The notes beneath the pieces are model-generated. The model had not been told where the DNA came from and did no database searches. It worked only from the letters and a program-made list of their open reading frames with translations. 62,635 nucleotides of DNA from an uncultured virus (IMG/VR IMGVR_UViG_3300024255_000007) (Duplodnaviria; Heunggongvirae; Uroviricota; Caudoviricetes): the IMG/VR virus record IMGVR_UViG_3300024255_000007; one strand, 5' to 3'. How positions within the stretch are numbered: position 1 is the stretch's first letter; each line of letters begins with the position of its first letter. Both the position numbers and the translations under genes were made by a program. Positions 49,101-57,600 of the stretch are shown in pieces.

Positions 49101-51655
49101 AATTTTATGAAGATGTTGCAGGCATGAGAATACTAGTTATTCAAGGCACTGGATACGGACAATACGGTTATATATCTGGATACAGTGCAGTAACTAGACA
49201 AGTTACTGTATCAAGAGAATCTGACGATCAGCCAGGGTGGGATCATTTAATTCCTGGTACACCTCTAGTAGCAGCATTTGATTCAACTGCTAGATATAGA
49301 ATAGAACCGAGAATGGCAGTTAGTCATCCAGGGTTTACTTCTACTGTACAAAATTTACCAGCAGAAAGAACATTTATTGACGTTGACTTTGGTGGAATAA
49401 CAAATACTTACGGAGGGTTAACAGGCGGCTTAGGAACTGGCGAAACATTTGGATTACCGCAAATTGAAGCAATATTTAATGTTTCAAGAAGAGGCAGTGA
49501 CTACGTTGTATCTATAAACAATGCCGGTGCTGGATATGCTGAGAATGATAGATTAACTATCAGAGGTGATTTACTAGGAGGTGCAACTCCTGACAATGAT
49601 CTTATAATTGATGTATTAACTACATCAGATGATAGTACAAATAGTATTGCTACTATTAAATCATCAGGTACAGGTAGAGGCGGAAGATTTGTAGCATTAG
49701 CAGATCCAAACTTTGTTGTATACAGTGATACTGGTACTACTTGGCAAGAATCTAATCTTGATATAACAGCAACTTGGATTAAAGTACTTGCTAACAAAAA
49801 TAGATTTATAGCAATAGCATCAGGAACTAATCAATATAACTTTTCTTATACAGGCGAAAACTGGACTACAAGAGCATTACCAGCAACAGAAGACTGGTCA
49901 GATGCAGCAGCAAGTCCAACAGGATTTGTGGTAGTTGCAAACGGAGCAACAGAATTTGCATACAGTACTGACGGTTTAACATGGAGTTCAAGTTCTACAG
50001 TAGCAGCAGACACTTACACTAAAGTTGCATATGGTCAAGGAAGATATGTTTGTATCGCTGAATCAGGTGCTGTTATAACTTCAGATAATAACGGGAACAC
50101 TTGGACATCACGTACTGCTTTACCACTAGGCGGTGCACCGACTATTGTAAGTTTAGTTTACGGAGATAATAGATTTATAATAATTAGATCAGACGGATCA
50201 GTTATGTATAGTGTTGATAAAGGCGAAACTTTTATTCAAGGTGAAAATGTTCCGCAAAATGGCGGATCTAGTTTATCATATGTAGATTGTAAATATGCTC
50301 AAGGTGTGTTTATGGTAATCAGTACTGATGGCGGAACTCCAACAAGTTTAAATGCTACTACTGAAGATGGGCTGGTATGGAGACAAAATAATTTAGCATC
50401 GTCTCAGGCGTGGAAAACGTTATCATTTGCGTCACTTGACGGTGATCCAAAATGGGTGTTACTAGCTGACGGTGTAACATTAGGCGGAGTTGCAAATATT
50501 AAAACAGGTAAGCGAGCAAAACTTAGATCAGATACTTTTACTGGAATATTCCAACGTGTAAAGATATGGGATCCGGGTAGTGGATATTCACCTAATCCTG
50601 ATAATATGACAATTACTGTAACAGACACACAGTTTGTAACAGAGGTCGAACTAGAAAAAAGAATAGGTAATGGAACAATAGCTCAACCTAGCTTTAAGAG
50701 TAGAGGTTCGGGATACAGATCAAATTCTACAGTAGTTACTTTAACTGGTGACGGTTATGCTGATATTATACCAGAAGCTAATACAATAACACTTGCTGGT
50801 GTTGATACAGTTCCAGGTCCAGGTGTTCAAATAAGAATTAATACTATTCTTGATCCTCTTACTGAAGATCCTAGTGATTTAAAATTATTTAACGGTGTTA
50901 AGATAACAGACTTAGGAGATGACGGAACTGGTAATGCAACTAGATTAGTTCAAATGCAAATTTCACCATCTATAGATAATGAAGACAATCTTGCTCACGC
51001 TACAGGTGTTGAATTAAGATCACTATACAGTCAAGCACGAATTACTGGGCACGATTTCCTAGATATTGGTACAGGAAACTTCATTCAATCAAATTATCCA
51101 GAACTATATGCAGACGGAAATTATTTTGTTGCAGCACCTGAAAATGAAGTATATGAAACAAACGGCGGTAGAGTATTTTATACAAGTACAGACCAAGACG
51201 GTAACTTTAGAACTGGTGAATTATTTAGTGTGCAACAGAGTACAGGTATTGTTACTATTAGTGCTGAGTTTTTTGACTTAGACGGGCTTTCAGAACTATC
51301 ACTAGGCGGAGTTAGACTAGGTGGTTCGGGCGCAGCAGTTAGAGATTTTTCTACTGACCCGACTATGTCAGAAGATAGTAATAACGTTGTTCCAACACAA
51401 CGTGCAATTGCAACATTCCTCGCAGACAGATTATCTGTAGGTGGCGAGGATCTTGAAACAAATAGATTAGTTGCTGGTCAAGTTATTATTGGCGGCGAAG
51501 CAAACGAATTTAATATGAATAACGATGAAACATTACAAATAAATGTTCCGGTAGACTTCTCAGGTGTAGATGCATTTGGTAATTTACCTAGGGTCCAAGG
51601 AACATTTTTAAGTCAAATGCTAGTGTTAAAAACATTTAACGACACCACGCAGTAA
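46184..51655 (+). CDS. Giant virion appendage protein (Trp-rich carbohydrate-binding-like repeats, beta-helix, Asp-box/propeller region)
   Basis: 1823 aa; N-terminal 'W.G.W.....Y...D.V...G..Y.C...H' repeats (CBM5/12-like) and 'YS.DG.TW' Asp-box repeats. Confidence 0.75.
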   Translation: MAEFKIDRFKYNWKGDWAPSSDYKRDDIARINGRSYVCIKGHTSSGDFGSDLNATIPNSVPPQPDPRWIVMTVSKSFIGEWVTATNYNKGDLVLNGGTVWLCIEAHNGQSFATEIANWEVFTKSISFVSNWTPNTTYAHGALVKYNGYVYKCLVAHIGSATLEDNQTDWLEFHVGDEYRNSWITETVYRKNDIVRYGASVFRCTETHTSGVVQLDDTKFTLEFPGTQFDGEWSSLTAYNLGDIVRYGGHVYYAVANNIDSDPSRVTAGYTSGGDSTQDWIVLAKTYNFRGDWDITSPYKTGDIVVRGGYLYQILRDVNINDGDDSTLVWQDPEIYELIIPGKKFVGPWSTTGYYAVGEIVYHLGTAYFCNFEHQATAENFPGDNGSGYDYWDILVQAGQPGGLLDKGDLLTFGLSRTGADDGSTVGDTRLKIGDEVGQALSVTTDLDLFWRNFLTDSDVIYVSNEGINRPGYGRTPLRPFKTVKYASEFVEDNFIAGNPVKISIATGYYEEIGPITVPAGCAIMGDELRSTTIVANPRKQDYYDNYNQVQDYLTFTETFILDLLLNVPITPLTGNTETQVLNGPFGSEDVAQRCVELFTDYKNNVEFNVFTGEISPVMTGSNTLNADTNFVNGGENISQNIIFISGQIYAFLLQEGFTVDKDTVYEDVNSIFRGLARDLKYSGNYATLLASRRYINAANGSQNDDLFWVRDTTGIRQCTLKGLVGTLNPPGVFDLYQRPTGGAFVALDPGWGPDDSRVWINNRSPYIQGVTNIGSSCVGKKVDGSLHNGGNKSMTSNDFTQVLSDGIGAWITNGGRAELVSVFTYYCAVGYFAEDGGIIRATNGNNSYGDYGSIADGNDPTEIPDTATIWNRNNQAFVDTADSGGTVDSIALFEYEHCGENYKSASATITGAGAGVNVEFDDFRDGSLYNVRLINTKGSGSEGGTNYLVRQGNAQETLDASQYLKLSTSDATQFYEDVAGMRILVIQGTGYGQYGYISGYSAVTRQVTVSRESDDQPGWDHLIPGTPLVAAFDSTARYRIEPRMAVSHPGFTSTVQNLPAERTFIDVDFGGITNTYGGLTGGLGTGETFGLPQIEAIFNVSRRGSDYVVSINNAGAGYAENDRLTIRGDLLGGATPDNDLIIDVLTTSDDSTNSIATIKSSGTGRGGRFVALADPNFVVYSDTGTTWQESNLDITATWIKVLANKNRFIAIASGTNQYNFSYTGENWTTRALPATEDWSDAAASPTGFVVVANGATEFAYSTDGLTWSSSSTVAADTYTKVAYGQGRYVCIAESGAVITSDNNGNTWTSRTALPLGGAPTIVSLVYGDNRFIIIRSDGSVMYSVDKGETFIQGENVPQNGGSSLSYVDCKYAQGVFMVISTDGGTPTSLNATTEDGLVWRQNNLASSQAWKTLSFASLDGDPKWVLLADGVTLGGVANIKTGKRAKLRSDTFTGIFQRVKIWDPGSGYSPNPDNMTITVTDTQFVTEVELEKRIGNGTIAQPSFKSRGSGYRSNSTVVTLTGDGYADIIPEANTITLAGVDTVPGPGVQIRINTILDPLTEDPSDLKLFNGVKITDLGDDGTGNATRLVQMQISPSIDNEDNLAHATGVELRSLYSQARITGHDFLDIGTGNFIQSNYPELYADGNYFVAAPENEVYETNGGRVFYTSTDQDGNFRTGELFSVQQSTGIVTISAEFFDLDGLSELSLGGVRLGGSGAAVRDFSTDPTMSEDSNNVVPTQRAIATFLADRLSVGGEDLETNRLVAGQVIIGGEANEFNMNNDETLQINVPVDFSGVDAFGNLPRVQGTFLSQMLVLKTFNDTTQ

Positions 51656-51657
51656 TG

Positions 51658-51665
51658 GATAAATA
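51658..51665 (+). promoter_or_regulatory. Late promoter GATAAATA
   Basis: Box, GGAG SD, ATG at 51689. Confidence 0.7.
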
Positions 51666-51688
51666 TATATAACTGGAGTTAAGAACAA

Positions 51689-54600
51689 ATGGCAGAATTT
51701 AAGTTAGGTAGAATACGCTTTGTATGGAAAGGTGACTGGACCACAGGCACTGTTTACTACAAGGATGACGTAATTGCTTTTGGTGGGAAAGCGTATATAT
51801 GTGTAGAAGGACATAGCAGTGATGCTAACTTTTTTACAGATTTAGATGTAGTTCCGACAAAGTGGAATTTAGTTAGTGATGGTCAAACTTGGAAGGGTGA
51901 CTGGTCCAACGGCACATCATATGTGTACAATGATATTGTAAAGTACGGTGCAAGGTTATATATTTGTGATGCCATTCATACTTCTACCACACAGTCCGAC
52001 TCCGAAACATATGTAATCACAGTAGCAGACGACCCTAATGTAAGTAACGGCGTATTTTATATAGACGGCGTTGCGGCTCCAGACATTCAAATGGTAAGAG
52101 GCAACACATATATATGGCAGCAAAATAGTGCTACTAACTTATTCGCTGGTGCCGGCGTTGCTAGACATCCAATGGTTATTAGTACTACTAAAGACGGAAC
52201 ACACAACAGCGGAGCAATATATACTGACGGTGTAACATATTTCCTAGATGCTGTCGAAGTAGTTGATGCCGCAGCATACGATGCAGGATTTGCTGCTGCT
52301 ACTACTAGAGAAATGCGTATTACTGTTCCAGATGACGCTCCAGACACACTTCATTATTTCTGCTATCAACATGCTGGCATGAGCAGCAATGCAAGTGCAG
52401 AAATTATTAGCTTAGGTTTAGAAACAGATTTAGCCAATTGGAATGTATTTGCTGATGGATTAGATTGGAAGGGCGAATGGCACGAAGATTTCCATTACCG
52501 TTTAAGTGATTTTGTTAAGTACGGTAGTGCAAGTTTTGTTTGTATCGATCCGCACCAGTCTACAGGAATTGGCACAGGCTTAGGTTTAGAAAATGACTTA
52601 ATAAAGTGGGACGCATTTAATCAAAGTATCCGCTATCAAAATGAATGGCTTACAAGTAGAAAATATCTTGTTAATGATGTTGTAAAGTACGGTGCGAGCT
52701 TATGGATTGCAACTAGCTATCATACAAGTGCTGCTGCATTTACAGACGATAGTGCAAACTGGGAAAAGTTTGTAGAAGGCTTCCAATTTGAAAATGAATG
52801 GGCATATAATGGTGTTTACCAACCAGGCGACATTGTACGCTACGGTGGTAACCAGTATATTAGTAAAACAGATAACGAAAATGATCGACCAACTGTTGTT
52901 CCAGCAAGCTGGGACCTATTTACTGAAGGATTTAAATTCATCGGCGACTGGGGAGCAGATTCGTCACAATACGAATATCAAGTAGGTAACGTTGTAAGAC
53001 ACGGCGGCTATACATATCGTTGTATTGCAGATCACCAAAACCAAATACCACCTAACGAAGTTTATTGGACAAGATTAAACTACGGTTTTGAGTGGAGAGG
53101 TGAGTGGAGAGATGATGCACAGTATTACGAAGGTGATGTTGTACGTTATGGCGACAATTCATATGTATGTATATTAGGACATATTTCAGAAGGCGACGAT
53201 TATAGTTCACTAAGCTCAGGTGCTGAAGGATCACGCCCAGACTTAGCAGATAGCGGACAGTTTTGGAGTGCATTAGCAATTGGTTCAGAGTCTAGTGTAC
53301 TTACAACCAAAGGCGACCTAGTTTATTATAGTGGTTCAGCACCAACTAGACTACCAGTAGGTAGAGACGGACAAGTATTAACAGTAAGTTCAACTGGTAT
53401 TCCGGAATGGGCATTTATTGGTTCTACTGCTGATGTTTATTATGTTGCAGAACACGGTTTAGATTTACCTGCTCCAATTTATGGTACAACAATTGATAAA
53501 CCTTATAAAACAATTAAGTATGCAGCACAGCAAGTTGAGCAAGGTGCTAGAAATCCAGATGCAGCACAGTTATTAGAACTTAACAGAAGATTTATACAAA
53601 GAGAAATTGTTGAATGGACACAGTACCAAATAACAAATAACCTTGCACCATTTACTACAGCATTTGATTACAAGACAGAAAAATGTGAAAGAGATATGGG
53701 TCTAATCGTTGATGCTCTAATTTGGGATATTACACACGGCGGTAATGTACGTTCTAGAGAAGCAGCATTATCTTATGTAAATGATACAGTAGGATCACCA
53801 TACTTAACACAAAAAGCTGAAACTAATGCTTCTATAAATTACGGCATTACTTTAATTGAAAATATATTAGATCAAACAGCGCCAGCAGTTAACTATCAAA
53901 CAACAAATGGCGATAATAGTACTAGAGTATCAGTACAGTTTACTAATGAATTACTAAGAACAGAAAGTGTTTATGCAGACATTCAAGGTCTAGCAAAGAT
54001 TATTACAGATGCAATAACAGCAGGTGTTGCTACTAATATACCTGAAAGATTAATTAGAAATACATTAATTAAAGTGTCAACCGGAAAGTACTACGAAGTA
54101 CTTCCAATTGTTGTTCCAGCAGAATGCTGTATTATAGGAGACGAACTTCGTTCTACTAATGTACAGCCAAGAACAACTATTAATAGTACATTAACAGACA
54201 AAAAAGACATCAGCTACAGTTACCAAGCAATTAAAAGAATTGAAGCAATTGTAGGAGATGTTGTAATAGGTTCAGCAGTTACTCCAACTACAGGCAATAC
54301 AACAACACAAGATGTTACGTGGCCTTACGCAGAAACTACTCCTGTAGCTACTGAAACAAAGCGCCTAGCAAGAAATATTGCTGACAGAGTTGCAATTGGA
54401 ACAGGTATTAAAGAAAATGCTATTTTACCTAAGCCACATGAGTTAGGTGTACCAGAGTACGGTTATGCAATAGAACTAAATGCTTCTAACAAAGAGTTTA
54501 TACAAGAAGAAATTATTGCATATATTGCAGATCAATATCCAAATCTTGAATATGGTAAAACAAAATGTAAACAAGATGTTGGATTTATAATAGATGCAGT

Positions 54601-57600
54601 TGCATACGATCTAGTTTATGGCGGCAACTGGCAGACATATAATGCTACTAAATCATACTATGACGGTAGTGGAAATGTTAATAAAATAACTGGTTTAATA
54701 ACTAACGGCGATTTTGCAACTACAACTGATTGGACTATTACAAATGGTGCATTTGCAATAACAGGTAACGAACTTGTTGCTGCCGGTGGAACTGCAGGTA
54801 CTGCATTGCAAACTGTTTATACTACGCCAGGTCAAGAATATACAGTAAACGTTTCAGTTACTCATACTGCTGACGGAGCAAGTGTATTTGCAAGAAATCC
54901 AAATTCAGACACAGCATTAGCTACTGCAATAGATCTTACATCTACAAGCAGTGTTTCGTATACGTTTACTGCTACTGCATTGCAAACAGAAATTATTTTT
55001 GAAACTGATGCAGCAGGTATTGTTGATATTGACGATGTAAGTATTGACACTCCGCAAAAGCTTGCTACTATTGCATCTTACGGATACTTGCGTGATTTAT
55101 TACAAACAGTAGGACGTGATATTACAGTTACTCCAACATATCAAACAGGCGTAACACAAATTAGTGGTAAGCCAGGTAATGCAACAGTATCAAACGCTAT
55201 TGCAGCATTGTTTAATAATACAGTTATACCTGCGGTCACTAACGGTATCTCAGCTGCATCGATAACATATCCAAGTGTTGCAGGTGCTTCAGTTGGATTA
55301 CAATCAGATAGCACAAACTTAGTTGCAGCGTTACCAGTTATACAAGAAAAAACAATTGACTTTATAAATGCAAACTTTGGTAGCTTTAAATATAATAGTG
55401 CAAAGTGCCGCAGAGACTTAACAAACATTATTACTGATACAGCATATGATATTGCGCTTGGTACAAACTATAACGCTACATTTAACGGTATTGCTTATCA
55501 GCGCCCAAATAATGCATACAATCTACAAAACCAAAGAGTTGAAACTGTAGGTGCTATTAGAAATGCTAGAGATCAGTATAGAGTTTTACTTGGTTCTGGC
55601 AATGACTTAACTAGACTTAATACTGCATATAACGAAATAGTTGATATTATCCAAAACGGGTCGTTAGGTACAGCAATGCCAGGAGACGGCACAGTTAATG
55701 CATTAGTATTACCAAGCCCAACAGGCGTTGACCAAAATAAAGTAGATGCAAAAGATAACTTACAAGCAAACATTGCTTTTATGAAAGATGATGTTATTGC
55801 GTATATTGCACAAAACTATGGTTCTTTAGTTTATGATAGTACTAAGTGTGCAAGAGATGTAGAATACATTGTTAACGCAGCAAGTTATGATATCTTATAT
55901 GGCGGTAACCAAGCTACTAGTAGAATTTGTGAATCTTATTTTGTAAACGGAACAATACAAGTAGATGGTCAAACTACAGAAACAGCAGCAGCTTACAATC
56001 ACTTAGCAAGCATTATGTCAGATATCGTACAAGAGACTTCTGTAACTGCACAAACTGGAAATACTACACTACAAACTACACTAGGAACACCAGCAAGTGC
56101 AACTGAAGGAAGTGCAGTTCAAGCACTTGTAGAAACAGTTAGTGATGTAATTGACGGTACTACAACATTGTCGGCAGTATTAGGCGCAGTGTCATATCCA
56201 AGTGTAACATGGGCAGATGCTGAATTTACAACTGCTAAAACAACTATTGACAATAGTAGATCAGACGTAATATTAAATGTAATTCAGTTTATTACAAATA
56301 CATACAATGACTTTAAATACGATCATGCTAAGTGTTCTAGAGATTTAGGACTTATAATTGATGCTGCTAGATATGATTGGATGCTAGGAACAAACTATGC
56401 AAGTGTTAATGCAGGCTTGTCTTACTTACGTAGAACTAGTAATAAAGTAACAGGTCCGCAAAAAACAGCAACAATAGCAGCAAATCAATTTGCGCTAGGA
56501 CTAGCTGTTGCAGAAATTTCTGAAGCTACAGCTATTACTGGAATTAATGAAACATGGGATCTAGTACAAGATACAATCTGGGCAGGATCAAATGAAGGTG
56601 GTAATAGACAAACAGACGATATTGAAGTTTATAATGCTGTTAGACAACTAGAGGTGAATAAAGAATTTATTGTAGACGAAGCAATAGCATATGTCAATGA
56701 TTACTTTAGGTCAACTGTAACTGATACTACTGTAACAATTGGTGGTGCATCAGGCGGAGTAGATCTGTATACACTTACTGTTGCAGATACAGGTTGGCTA
56801 AAAGTTGGAATGGAAATAGCATTTGAAAATCCAAATAATATTTTAACAAATACTAACTTCTTCCTAAATAATAAGTTTTATGTTGCTGATGTCTTTAGTG
56901 CTACTGAGTTTGCTGTTTCAAATACAGTAGGCGGCGTGTATGTACAAGTAGACGGAACAAATAACCAGTTTATTGTAAAAACAGCATATACATATAATAG
57001 AGCTATTTGTGCTAGAGATATTAAAGAATATATTAATGCTATGAAATGGGATCTAGTATGGGGCCAGGAATGGAAGAGAACTTACACTAACGATGTTGTA
57101 GTTTATCGTCCTGCTGCTTATAAAACAAGACTTGCAGCAAGATATTATGTAAATGCAATGATAGGATCGCAAGAAGAAGATTTCTATTACTTACGTAATG
57201 GTACAGGATTAAGACTACAAACTATGCAAGGTCTAAATGGTGATCTAGGTGCAAGTAATATATACGGAACACGTAGACCAACAGCAGGAGCATATGCATC
57301 ACTTGATCCAGGTTGGGGTCCAGATGATAAACGTGTATGGATTACTGCACGTTCACCGTATGTACAAAACTGTACAACATTCGGATTTGGTGCAACTGGT
57401 CAAAGAATTGACGGTGCATTGCATAACGGCGGTAATGATTCAATTGTTAGTAACGACTTTACACAAGTCATAAGTGACGGTATTGGCGCACACATTCTTA
57501 ACAACGGTAGAGCAGAACTTGTGTCAGTGTTTACATACTACTCACACATGGGATACTTGGCAGAGTCCGGCGGTAGAGTACGTGCTACAAACGGTAACAA

